DNA of 64,000 nucleotides from Thermoanaerobaculia bacterium (lineage in GTDB: Bacteria; Acidobacteriota; Thermoanaerobaculia; Multivoradales; UBA5704), in the NCBI GenBank assembly GCA_036380715.1, contig DASVEF010000370.1, forward strand, positions 7,727 to 71,726, read 5' to 3'. Positions 1 to 8,541 of this stretch are shown here, one piece after another (position 1 is the first letter of the stretch; each line of letters opens with the position of its first letter). The position numbers and the translations under genes are program-made. The notes under the pieces are model-generated. The model was not told where the DNA came from. It saw only the letters and a list, made by a program, of their open reading frames with translations, and ran no database searches.

Positions 1-112
1 CGCGCCGGCGAGGTCCTCCCAGGGAGCCCGGGCCTCGGGCTCGCGCACGGTGGCGAGGAGCGCCGCGATCTCCTCCAGCAGCACCTCCCGCTGGGACGGG
101 TCGATCGTCAGA

Positions 113-236
113 GCCCCCTCCCCCGGCCCCTCCCCCGCAGAGCGGGAGAGGGGAGAAAAACCCGGTTCTTCTTGCTTTTCTCCCCCCTCTCCCGGTTGGG
201 GGGAGGGCGATGGGAGAGGGGGGCCGGGGGGGTGAG
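113..236. repeat. GC-rich nested-palindrome intergenic repeat, copy A (composite/degenerate; CCCCTCTCCCGG...GGGAGAGGGG...GGGTGAGG)
   Basis: Inverted repeats CCCCTCCCCCGCAGAGCGGGAGAGGGG and CCCCCCTCTCCCGGTTGGGGGGAGGGCGATGGGAGAGGGGGGCCGGGGGGGTGAGG. Near-identical to the copy at 29732-29790. Intergenic, just 3' of cysH. Confidence 0.7.
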
Positions 237-251
237 GTCGGGCGGGGGCTC

Positions 252-1082
252 TCAAACCGTCCCCCTCGGCCCCACCGCCCCCTTGTGGAGGATCGCCTCC
301 ATCTCGTGCTCGAAGCCGCCGGTCTCGATCGGGCAGTGGATCCCACACTCCTTGGGCGCGTTCGTCTCCCACCACCAGCGGCCGGCGCGTAGGTCCTCGC
401 CCGGCAGCGTGGCCCGGGTGCACGGGGCGCAGCCGATGCTCGTGAAGCCCTTCTCATAGAGGGGATGGACCGGCACGTCGTTCGCCCGGATGTAGTCCCA
501 GACCTCGTCGATCGTCCAGTCCGCCAGCGGGCTGATCTTGGCCAGGCCGCCGTGCTCGTGGTCGACCTCGACCTTGCGGATGTTGGCCCGGCTCGCCCAC
601 TGATCGCGGCGCAGGCCCGTGATCCAGGCGTCGAGCCCCTCGAGCGCCTGCCGGACTGGCTCCACTTTGCGCACGTTGCAGCACAGCAGGCGGGCGGGCA
701 CCGACCTCTGGAAGAGGTTGGGACCGTGCCGCAGCACCATCTCCTGCACCTGCCGGGCGTCCGGGGAGTAGACCTCGATCTTCATGCCGTAGCGATCACG
801 GACGGTCTCCAGGATGTCGTACGTCTCCTGGGGCAGGCGCCCGGTGTCCACCGTGAACACCCTCACCTGCGGATCGATCCGCCACGCCATGTCGAGGATG
901 GCCATGCCCTCGGCCTGGAAGCTGGTACAGATCGCGGCGTTCTGTCCCCAGCGCTCCAGCGCCCAGGCGAGCACCCCCTGGGGCTCCGCGAAGTCGAGCT
1001 CCACGGCCAGTTGCCCGGCCTCGAACTCGTCGAGCAGGTCACGGTCGTCTTCCTTTGGTTGAAAGGCAAGTCCCCGGTTCAT
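252..1082 (-). CDS. cysH: adenylyl-sulfate / phosphoadenylyl-sulfate reductase (thioredoxin-dependent), CysH family
   Basis: 276-aa ORF with CysH-type PP-loop fold, a CC...CxxC cysteine cluster (LLCCNV, CAPC) and a C-terminal KECGIH motif (ECGLH-like). Start overlaps the sir stop by 4 nt (ATGA). Confidence 0.9.
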   Translation of the reverse strand: MNRGLAFQPKEDDRDLLDEFEAGQLAVELDFAEPQGVLAWALERWGQNAAICTSFQAEGMAILDMAWRIDPQVRVFTVDTGRLPQETYDILETVRDRYGMKIEVYSPDARQVQEMVLRHGPNLFQRSVPARLLCCNVRKVEPVRQALEGLDAWITGLRRDQWASRANIRKVEVDHEHGGLAKISPLADWTIDEVWDYIRANDVPVHPLYEKGFTSIGCAPCTRATLPGEDLRAGRWWWETNAPKECGIHCPIETGGFEHEMEAILHKGAVGPRGTV

Positions 1083-2758
1083 GTGCGGACCTCATTCCGG
1101 CCAACGCCGGCGTCAAAAAAAGATGCATGCGCTGGATCGCCCTGGGCGATCGCGACGAGATCCTCGTCCGTGCTGCGGACGAAGAATTGTTGCGGCGTCT
1201 CTCCGCCGCTCCGCGCCCCGAGATAGGCGCGGAACAGCCGTTCGATGATGAGATGGACCTCGCTGCCCGGCACCCGCTTGAGGACCGGCCGGCCGATGGC
1301 CGCGCCGCTCGCCAGGCCGCCGCGCAGGAAGAGGTCGTAGCCCTGGATGCGCTCCCCGTTCGGGCCGCGCTCCCGCAGAGTGGTGCCCTGGAGCCCGATG
1401 TCGCCGATCCAGTGGTGGGCGCAGGCGTGCGGGCAGCCGTCGAGGTTGAGGCGCAGGCCCGAAGCCTCCTCGCCGAAGACCCGCTCCAGGTGCTCCACGA
1501 TCTCCCGCAGCCGCCCCTTGGTCTCGGCGACCGTGTAGTTGCAGAACGGATCGCCGGTGCAGGCGATGCTGGAGCTGCGCAGGGCGTTGACCTGGATCGG
1601 GAACCCCAGCTCCCCCACCTTCCGGACCACCTCGTCCACCCGCTCCCCGGGGATGTGGCTGAGGATGAAGTTCTGCCGGCGGGTCAGGCGGACCTCGCCG
1701 CCCCAGGACTCCGCGAGGTCGGCGACGGCCTTCATGGCGGCGCCGTCCATCAGCCCCAGATAGGCCGGGAACCCGGCGTAGAAGAGGCCGTCCTGGCTCT
1801 GCGGATGGATGCCGGTGTGGTCGTGCTCCTCGGCCGGTGGCGGAGGCGCCGCGCCGTCCCGGAGCCGCCGCCCCAGCTTCTCCTCGACGCGCGCCCGGAG
1901 AGCCTCGGCCCCGAGGTCGTGCACCATGAACTTCAGCCGCGCCCGGGTGCGCGACAGCCGGTACCTCAGATCCTCCCGCCAGACGTCCACGAGAGCCCGC
2001 AGCACCTCCAGCCCTTCCTCCAGCGGCACCCACACCTTCAGGTCGTCGGCCAGCCGGGGCCAGGTCGAGAGCCCGCCGCCGACCGTCACCGCGAAGCCCG
2101 GCCGCCCCTCCACCACAGAGCCGAGGAGGGCGATGCAGTGGATTTCCGGCGCGTTGCACTGGTGGGGGCAGGCCGCGATGGTGATCTTGTGCTTGCGCGG
2201 CAGGTCGGAGTACTCGCGGTTGCGCACGAAGAAGTCCGACGCCTCCTCCAGGAAAGGCTGGACCGCGAACAGCTCCTCCCGCGAGATCCCGGCGACCGGG
2301 CAGCCCGTAATGTTGCGCACGTTGTCGCCGCAGGCCCCGGCGGTGGTCATGCCCGCCGCGGCCACGGTCTCCAGCACCTCGGGGATCTTCTCCAGCTCGA
2401 GCCAGTGGATCTGGATGTTCTGGCGGGTGGTCAGCTCGCCGAAGCCCCGGCCGTAGCGCTCGGAGATCTCGCCCATCGTGCGCAGCTTCCCCGGGGTCAG
2501 CACGCCGCCCGGCACCTTGACCCGCATCATGAAATGGCCGAGCTTGGGCTTGTCGTGGTAGAGGCCGTACCACTGGAGCCGGACGAAGTCCTCCTCCGGC
2601 ACCGCCTCATACCCCGTCGTGATCATGGACGGCAGGTCGTGGATGACGTCGAGCCCCCCCTTCTCGTGCTTGAGGCGCTCGACGAAGTTCCGCTTGCGCA
2701 CCAGCTCCCAGGTGACTTCGCCCTCGGTGGCTGTTCGACTGCTGCCGGTACCGCTCAT
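1079..2758 (-). CDS. sir: sulfite reductase hemoprotein (ferredoxin/NADPH-type, CysI/Sir family; siroheme + 4Fe-4S)
   Basis: 559-aa ORF with nitrite/sulfite reductase ferredoxin-like and hemoprotein domains. Cys cluster motifs CGDNVRNITGCP, CPHQCNA and LDGCPHACAHHWIGDIG. Same operon as cysH. Confidence 0.9.
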   Translation of the reverse strand: MSGTGSSRTATEGEVTWELVRKRNFVERLKHEKGGLDVIHDLPSMITTGYEAVPEEDFVRLQWYGLYHDKPKLGHFMMRVKVPGGVLTPGKLRTMGEISERYGRGFGELTTRQNIQIHWLELEKIPEVLETVAAAGMTTAGACGDNVRNITGCPVAGISREELFAVQPFLEEASDFFVRNREYSDLPRKHKITIAACPHQCNAPEIHCIALLGSVVEGRPGFAVTVGGGLSTWPRLADDLKVWVPLEEGLEVLRALVDVWREDLRYRLSRTRARLKFMVHDLGAEALRARVEEKLGRRLRDGAAPPPPAEEHDHTGIHPQSQDGLFYAGFPAYLGLMDGAAMKAVADLAESWGGEVRLTRRQNFILSHIPGERVDEVVRKVGELGFPIQVNALRSSSIACTGDPFCNYTVAETKGRLREIVEHLERVFGEEASGLRLNLDGCPHACAHHWIGDIGLQGTTLRERGPNGERIQGYDLFLRGGLASGAAIGRPVLKRVPGSEVHLIIERLFRAYLGARSGGETPQQFFVRSTDEDLVAIAQGDPAHASFFDAGVGRNEVRT

Positions 2759-3204
2759 TAATAGACTCCTGGACCGAAACGTTGCGGAGGGCCTGGGCGA
2801 GCGCAGCTCCGCAGGGTAGACCCCTCCTGGGCTCTCGCCGTCGGGCGGAGCGGGTCACGCTAGCTTTGGCTTCGGGTCGGACCTTGGCGGATGCGAACGG
2901 CTACGCCGCTCACACCCGCTTGCTACATATGCAGCCAGGGGTGGGCTGGAACGTGACGGCGGCCATGGCACCGGGCGGAGGTGAGATCAGCGGTGACATT
3001 GGAGATGACTTTAGTCACCTTTACCTCGTTTGTCCAGTCCCCCTGCGGGTTTGCGGGTGACGGAGAGGTGTCAGACCGGTAACAAGGCTACACTTTCCCT
3101 CAGGAGGAAACCGTATGGCCGTGCCGGGTGCGAGAAAGAGGGTCGAAGGGGTCGTCCTGACCGGCTGGGGCTCGTAGCGCAGCCCCCACCGTTAACATAG
3201 GGCC

Positions 3205-4590
3205 ATGATTTCCGCGGCAGGCGAGGGCCCCCGGTTCTGGGACCAGCTCCTCCAGTTCATCGAGGAGGGGCGGGTCGTCCCCATCGTCGGCCCCGATCTC
3301 CTCGTCGCCGATGTCGAGGGACGCTCTGTCCTTCTCTACTCCTTTCTGGCGGAGCGGCTGGCGGAGTATCTGGAGGTCCCCGGGGGCGATCTCCCCGCGG
3401 CGGGCGCGCTGCACGAAGTAGCCTGCCGCTTCCTGAGCCAGGGCGGCCAGATCGAGGACATCTACTCCGGCCTGAAGCGGGTCTTCCCCTCCAGGGAGGC
3501 CTTTCCCATCCCGCAGCCGCTCCTCCAGCTCGCCGGGATCCGGCCGTTCAAGCTGTTCCTGACCACCACGTTCGACCCTCTTCTCCAGCAGGCCCTCGAC
3601 GAGTCTCGCTTTGGCGGGCAGCCGAGGACGCGGGTCTTCGCCTACTCCCCGAACCAGGTGCAGGACCTCGAACAGTCGGTGGACGAAATGGACCGGCCGG
3701 CCGTCTTCCACCTCTTCGGCCGCCTCTCGGCCATGCCGGAGTACGCGGTGACCGACGAGGACACCCTGGAGCTCGTCCATGCCCTGCAGTCCGAGACCCG
3801 GCGCCCCGGCCGGCTCTTCGACGAGCTCGACCGCCGGCAGCTCCTCCTGCTCGGCGGCGGCTTCTCCGACTGGCTGGCCCGCTTCTTCCTGCGCGCCCCC
3901 CGCAGCGAGCGCCTGTGGCTGGTGCGCGGCCGGACGGACATCGTCGCCGATGCCCGCATGCGCGACGACCTTTCCCTGGTCGCCTTTCTCAAGCACTTCA
4001 GCTCCCGCACCCGGATCGCCTCGCAGGGCGCGGTGGAATTCGTGGACGAGCTGCACCGGCGCTGGATCGAGCGGCACCCTCCCCAGGCCGCCGCGGCCGC
4101 GGAGCCGGCGCGCGCGCACGGACCGCTCGATATGCAGCCTGGAGCAGTCTTCTTGAGCTACGCCAGCGAGGACCGTCCCGTGGTGGAGGCGCTCAAGGAG
4201 GAGCTGGAGCGCGCCGGCCTGGACGTCTGGTTCGACCGCGACGCCCTGGAAGGGGGAGACGAGTACGAGAAGAAGATCCGGCGCAACATCGAGAGCTGCT
4301 CGCTGTTCGTCCCCGTGCTCTCGCACCATACCCTGACCTCGCGGCGGCGTTTCTTCCGCCTGGAATGGGACTGGGCCGAGAGGGTCGCCGTCCAGGCTCC
4401 TCCGAACCTGCGCTACATCGTGCCGCTGGCCGTCGACGACGTGGCGCCGGACGACCCGGCGCTGCCGGACCGGTTCAAGCGCCTGCACTGGGAGCGGCTG
4501 GCGCCGGGTCAACCCAATCCCGGCGTGGTCGAAACGCTGAAGCGGTGCTTCCGCGAGTATCAGCGGGCCACGGCCGAGGCCTCCAGGTGA
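3205..4590 (+). CDS. two-domain protein: N-terminal SIR2_2-like (DHS-like NAD-binding fold, non-canonical catalytic positions) + C-terminal TIR domain
   Basis: 461 aa. The C-terminus (VFLSYASEDRPVVEALKEELERAGLDVWFDRDALEGGDEYEKKIRRNIESCSLFVPVLSHH...RLEWDWAE) has the canonical TIR pattern. The N-terminal about 300 aa resembles the SIR2_2 layout (VVPIVGPDLL ~ GAGxS loop; FLTTTFDPLLQQAL ~ ITTNYDxLLE; VFHLFGRL ~ KLHGS) but with substitutions. Followed 13 nt later by the STAND NTPase gene. Confidence 0.75.
   Translation: MISAAGEGPRFWDQLLQFIEEGRVVPIVGPDLLVADVEGRSVLLYSFLAERLAEYLEVPGGDLPAAGALHEVACRFLSQGGQIEDIYSGLKRVFPSREAFPIPQPLLQLAGIRPFKLFLTTTFDPLLQQALDESRFGGQPRTRVFAYSPNQVQDLEQSVDEMDRPAVFHLFGRLSAMPEYAVTDEDTLELVHALQSETRRPGRLFDELDRRQLLLLGGGFSDWLARFFLRAPRSERLWLVRGRTDIVADARMRDDLSLVAFLKHFSSRTRIASQGAVEFVDELHRRWIERHPPQAAAAAEPARAHGPLDMQPGAVFLSYASEDRPVVEALKEELERAGLDVWFDRDALEGGDEYEKKIRRNIESCSLFVPVLSHHTLTSRRRFFRLEWDWAERVAVQAPPNLRYIVPLAVDDVAPDDPALPDRFKRLHWERLAPGQPNPGVVETLKRCFREYQRATAEASR
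4141..4530 (+). other. TIR domain region of the 3205-4590 product
   Basis: FLSYAxED...DVWFD...I...S...VPVLS TIR signature (residues about 313-440). Candidate catalytic Glu in RLEWDWAE. Confidence 0.7.
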
Positions 4591-4603
4591 CCGAGGCTTC
4601 CTG

Positions 4604-7600
4604 ATGGCGGAGCCCCTCCCTCGCGAAGCCGATCCCGGCACGGTCGACGCTGACAATCCCTGGCCCGGGCTGGCCTCTTTCCGGGAGGCGGACCGAGAGC
4701 TCTTCTACGGCCGGGAGACGGAGACCCAGGAGGTGCTGCGGCTGGCGCTGCGCGAGCGGCTGACGGTCCTCTTCGGGCTCTCCGGCCTCGGCAAGACCTC
4801 GCTGCTCCGGGCCGGCCTTTTCCCCCGGCTCCGCGAGCAGAACGTCCTGCCGGTCTACATCCGGCTGGACTTCTCTGAAGGCGGAGGCGCCCGCCGCACC
4901 CTGACCGATCAGATCCGGCAGGCGATCGCCCGCGAGGCCAGGGCCGCCGGCATCGAGGCTCCACCCCTCCCCGAGTCGGAGACGCTCTGGGAGTCCCTGC
5001 ACCGGCAGGAGGCGGAATTCTGGAGCCCGCGCAACCGCATCGTCACGCCGCTCCTCGTCTTCGACCAGTTCGAAGAGGTCTTCACCCTCGGACAGCGGAA
5101 TCCCTCCCGGGCTCGGGAGACCGAGGCGTTCCTCGCCGAGCTGGCGGACCTCTGCGAAGGGTCGCCGCCGGCGAGCGTCCGCGAGCGGCTGGAGGCGGAC
5201 CCGTCCGCGGCCCGCGAGCTCTCCTTCACCCGCCACGCCTACAAGATCCTCCTCAGCCTGCGCGAGGATTTCCTGCCCGAGCTGGAGGGGCTGCGCGGTC
5301 GCATCCGCTCGATCGTCCACAACCGCTTCCGCCTGCGGCGGATGAACGGCGACAACGCCCTGAAAGTAATCACCCAGGCGGGCGGCCACCTGGTCGAGCC
5401 GGACGTCCCCGAGCGGGTGGTCCGCTTCGTCGCCGGCAAGGAGAGCGACGGCGCGGTCCCGCTGGCCGGGCTGGAGATCGAGCCGGCGCTCCTCAGCGTC
5501 GTCTGCCGGGAGCTGAACAACAAGCGCCGCGCCCAGGGGCTGTCCCGCATCACCGCCGGCCTGGTGAGCGGCAACCGCGACGAGATCCTCTCCGAGCTCT
5601 ACGAAAGGAGCGTCGAGGACCTGGGACCGGAGGTCCGCGCCTTCGTCGAGGAGCGCCTGCTGACCCGGTCCGGCTTCCGCGACACGGTGGCCCTGGAGAA
5701 CGCCCTCGAGCTGCCCGGCGTCACCCGCGAGGCCCTGGACAGGCTGACCGACCGCCGGCTCCTGCGCATCGAGGACCGCGGCGGCATGCAGCGCCTGGAG
5801 CTGACCCACGACGTGCTGACCGGGGTCATCCGCAAGAGCCGCGACCTCCGCCGGGAGCGAGAGGCCGAGAGAAAGCTCCGGCGCAGTTGGCTGATCATCG
5901 CGCTCCTCGCCCTCGTCCTGGTCGGCGTTTTCACCCTCGCCGCTTGGGCACTCTGGGCAGAAAGGCGGGCGGAGCAGGCCCTGGCGGCCTCGGACGCCGG
6001 GAGGGCCTTGAGCCTTCGGGACAGCCGGCCCTCTCACGCCCTCGCCTACCTGGCCCGGGCGCTGCGCGCAGACCCGGACAACATCCCGGCGCAGAGCGTC
6101 CTCAGCGACCTCCTCCTCGGCAGAGCCTGGCCGAGGCCCGTCGCCGAGCTGCGGCTCGCGGACGCCGATTCGGTCCACCTCAGCGAGGATGGACGGTTCT
6201 TCGCCGCGGTCTCAGAGGACTGGACGGTCCGCGTCTGGGACACCCGGACGCTCCAGAAGACGGGAACGGTCCGCCCGGAAGACGCCGCCGAATCCCTCGA
6301 ATTGAGCCGGGATGGCCGGCGCATGCTGATCCTCTCCCCCGCCTTGGCGCGGCTCTGGGACGTTCGCACCGGCCAGCCTCTCGGACGCTTTCCGCTGAGA
6401 GAAGAGAGATCCCACGCGCTGCTCAGCCCGGACGGCCAGTGGATCGCCCTGGTTTACGGCGGCCACACCCTCGTCCTTCGCCACATCGACACGGGCAAGG
6501 AGCGCGAGATAAGGCTCCCCGTAGATCCCGCCATGATCCCCTACGGCGGCGGCTTCGAGGGTTTCGGGTTCAGCCCCGATAGCCGGAGGTTCTTCGCCAC
6601 CGACTCGCTGGCGGTCCTTCTCTGGGACGTCGGGAGCGGCCGCTCGATTCCCGGGCCGCCGGCAGGAATGATCCTTCACGTGGTTTTCAGCCCCGACAGC
6701 CGCCGCCTCCTGGTCACGGGGAACGAGCTGGTGGTTTGGGACACCGTCGTTGGCGGACCGTCCGAAGGGACCTTCGGTGGCGACGCGAACCGAGCATGGC
6801 TCAGCCCAAGAGGCGGGAGGCTTGCGACCTATCATGCGCCCGAAGCCGCGCTCCGGATCTGGAGCATCCGCGATCCGCGGGGACCCTTGACGATCTCGAA
6901 GCCCAACCTGCTCCACGCTCAATTCAGCCACGACGGCCAGCTCCTCCTGACCACGTCCCAGGAGGGGGTGGAGCTGTGGGACGCCGACACCGGCCATCCG
7001 GTCAGCCAACCGCTCTGCGATTGCCTGCAAGGCCGCTTCCTCGAAGGCACCCGCCAGGTCGTCACGAGCGACGACAGCGGCATCCTCAGGGTCTGGAGCT
7101 CTGAGCCCGCGCGGACCGGCACGGAGCTCCTCTACGATTCTGAGAGCCTGTACCCTGTCTTTAGCCAGGACGGGAGCCGCCTCGCGTTGCAATCGCGGGA
7201 TGGCGTGGTCCATTTCTGGGACACCACCGCCGTCCGGTCCGTGGAATCCCCGGTCCGCAACGTCGATCTCCGGCTCAGCGCGGACGGCCGCTTTCTGCTG
7301 GAGCAGCGGAAAAGCACGGTACAGCTCTGGGATGCCCGCACCGGCCGTCGGACCGGACAGCCTTTGACACTGCCCGGCGACCGATACCAACTCCGCCCGG
7401 ACAAGGATCTCGATTCCGAGAGGGAGGTCCTGGGCATCCGGAGGGGCTCCACAGTCCAGCTCTGGAGCTTCGCCACAGGCCGGCAGGTGGGAGAGGTCCA
7501 ACAGAGCCAGGAGGTCACGGACCTCGCGTTCAGCCCTGGCGGCGACCGGCTCGTCACCGTCTCCCCGCAAGGCGTGATCCGCACCTGGGACTCGCGGACG

Positions 7601-8461
7601 GGCGAGCCGCTCGACCTCGTCTACCACGAGAGCCCCGTCGTCTCCTTCGACCTCAGCCAGGATGGCGAGCGGATTGCGACGGGCACCCGGAGGGGGCTCG
7701 CAAGGATCTGGGACCTCCGGTCCGGCGAGCTGCTCGTCGGTCCTCTCCGCCACCGGTATCCGGTGAGCTTCGTCAAATTCCAGCCCGCAGGCCGCCTGCT
7801 CCTGACCCGTGCGCAGAACACTCTCAGGCTCTGGGACACCCGGACGGGGCAGCCCACCGGCGGAGCGCTCGATCAAAAGGGGGGCATCGGGTTCGCTCAG
7901 CTCAGCCCGGACGGCTCCCGCATCCTGGTCCAGACGATCGGCGAGTCCCCCCTCCTGCTGGACGCCCAGACGGGGCAGCTCCTCGTCAGAGCTTCTCTCC
8001 CTGTTCCCGACTCGACTTTTTACGAGGCGCGGCTCAGCCCGACCGGCGAGCTCCTGTGGGTTGCCCTTCTCGACCGGGTCCACGTCTTCGCCGTCCCCCT
8101 CTTTCCGAAGAAGGACCGGGAGCTCCTCGCCCGCTGGGCCGAGGCCGTCGGCGGCTGGACCCTCGACGGGGAAGGCCGGCTGGTGGAAATTCGCGATCAG
8201 CTCGCGCGCCTCAACGGCTTGCGCCGGGAAACCGCGAAAGCTCCTCTCGGCCAGCTTGGGGTTGCCTCCCTGATCCGCTGGTTCCTCTCCGACCCGCGGA
8301 CGCGCACGATGTCCCCCGTCCTGGACCTCACCGTCGAGCAATCCATCCGCCGCCATCTCGAAGCCGGAGACTGGCGCGGAGCCGCGGAAGCCTTCCCCGG
8401 CCACCCGTTGCTCCTCGAGCATCGGCCCCCGCCGGTTCCCATTACTCCGGACGAGCCCTGA
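4604..8461 (+). CDS. STAND-class P-loop NTPase (nSTAND/NACHT-like) with internal transmembrane helix and about 14 WD40 repeats (two predicted 7-bladed propellers)
   Basis: 1285 aa. N-terminal NPWPGLASFREADRELFYGRE motif typical of cyanobacterial-type STAND-WD40 NTPases. Walker A GLSGLGKTSLL, Walker B LLVFDQFEEVF. Hydrophobic helix SWLIIALLALVLVGVFTLAAWALW flanked by RKLRRS / ERRAEQ. Then 14 WD-type repeats (VRVWDTRT, RLWDVRTG, LLWDVGSG, VVWDTVVG, ELWDADTG, HFWDTTAV, QLWDARTG, RTWDSRTG, RIWDLRSG, RLWDTRTG ...). Confidence 0.85.
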   Translation: MAEPLPREADPGTVDADNPWPGLASFREADRELFYGRETETQEVLRLALRERLTVLFGLSGLGKTSLLRAGLFPRLREQNVLPVYIRLDFSEGGGARRTLTDQIRQAIAREARAAGIEAPPLPESETLWESLHRQEAEFWSPRNRIVTPLLVFDQFEEVFTLGQRNPSRARETEAFLAELADLCEGSPPASVRERLEADPSAARELSFTRHAYKILLSLREDFLPELEGLRGRIRSIVHNRFRLRRMNGDNALKVITQAGGHLVEPDVPERVVRFVAGKESDGAVPLAGLEIEPALLSVVCRELNNKRRAQGLSRITAGLVSGNRDEILSELYERSVEDLGPEVRAFVEERLLTRSGFRDTVALENALELPGVTREALDRLTDRRLLRIEDRGGMQRLELTHDVLTGVIRKSRDLRREREAERKLRRSWLIIALLALVLVGVFTLAAWALWAERRAEQALAASDAGRALSLRDSRPSHALAYLARALRADPDNIPAQSVLSDLLLGRAWPRPVAELRLADADSVHLSEDGRFFAAVSEDWTVRVWDTRTLQKTGTVRPEDAAESLELSRDGRRMLILSPALARLWDVRTGQPLGRFPLREERSHALLSPDGQWIALVYGGHTLVLRHIDTGKEREIRLPVDPAMIPYGGGFEGFGFSPDSRRFFATDSLAVLLWDVGSGRSIPGPPAGMILHVVFSPDSRRLLVTGNELVVWDTVVGGPSEGTFGGDANRAWLSPRGGRLATYHAPEAALRIWSIRDPRGPLTISKPNLLHAQFSHDGQLLLTTSQEGVELWDADTGHPVSQPLCDCLQGRFLEGTRQVVTSDDSGILRVWSSEPARTGTELLYDSESLYPVFSQDGSRLALQSRDGVVHFWDTTAVRSVESPVRNVDLRLSADGRFLLEQRKSTVQLWDARTGRRTGQPLTLPGDRYQLRPDKDLDSEREVLGIRRGSTVQLWSFATGRQVGEVQQSQEVTDLAFSPGGDRLVTVSPQGVIRTWDSRTGEPLDLVYHESPVVSFDLSQDGERIATGTRRGLARIWDLRSGELLVGPLRHRYPVSFVKFQPAGRLLLTRAQNTLRLWDTRTGQPTGGALDQKGGIGFAQLSPDGSRILVQTIGESPLLLDAQTGQLLVRASLPVPDSTFYEARLSPTGELLWVALLDRVHVFAVPLFPKKDRELLARWAEAVGGWTLDGEGRLVEIRDQLARLNGLRRETAKAPLGQLGVASLIRWFLSDPRTRTMSPVLDLTVEQSIRRHLEAGDWRGAAEAFPGHPLLLEHRPPPVPITPDEP
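5887..5958 (+). other. predicted single transmembrane helix inside the STAND NTPase (between NTPase/helical module and WD40 region)
   Basis: 24 consecutive hydrophobic residues with positive-inside flank (RKLRRS). Prediction by eye only. Confidence 0.55.
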
Positions 8462-8541
8462 CGCGGTTCTCGAATCCCGGTGCTAGACTTGTCATCGAAC
8501 CCCATGCCCGGGTGGCCTTCCGCGGGCGAGGAGGATATCGT

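Noticed and set aside
1-110. Possible 5' portion of a minus-strand gene at the left edge (reads ...LTIDPSQREVLLEEIAALLATVREPEARAPWEDLAGA on the minus strand).
   Set aside because: No start codon identifiable before the palindromic repeat and too short to assign. Not reported as a feature.
2759-3204. Looked for a riboswitch (SAM-I/SAM-II or other sulfur-related) in the 5' leader of the cysH-sir operon.
   Set aside because: No recognisable conserved riboswitch core sequences were found by eye. A covariance-model search (Rfam/Infernal) would be needed.
1113-8422. Long antisense or out-of-frame ORFs in the track (for example 1113-2573 minus, 1055-2761 plus, 3100-4656 minus, 4475-6178 minus, 6212-8422 minus).
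   Set aside because: Typical high-GC shadow ORFs. They are Arg/Ala/Gly/Pro-rich low-complexity translations with no domain signatures, and each overlaps a well-supported gene on the other strand.
8466-8482. tRNA T-arm-like string GGTTCTCGAATCCC just after the STAND gene.
   Set aside because: No acceptor stem, D-arm or anticodon arm could be built around it. Judged coincidental.
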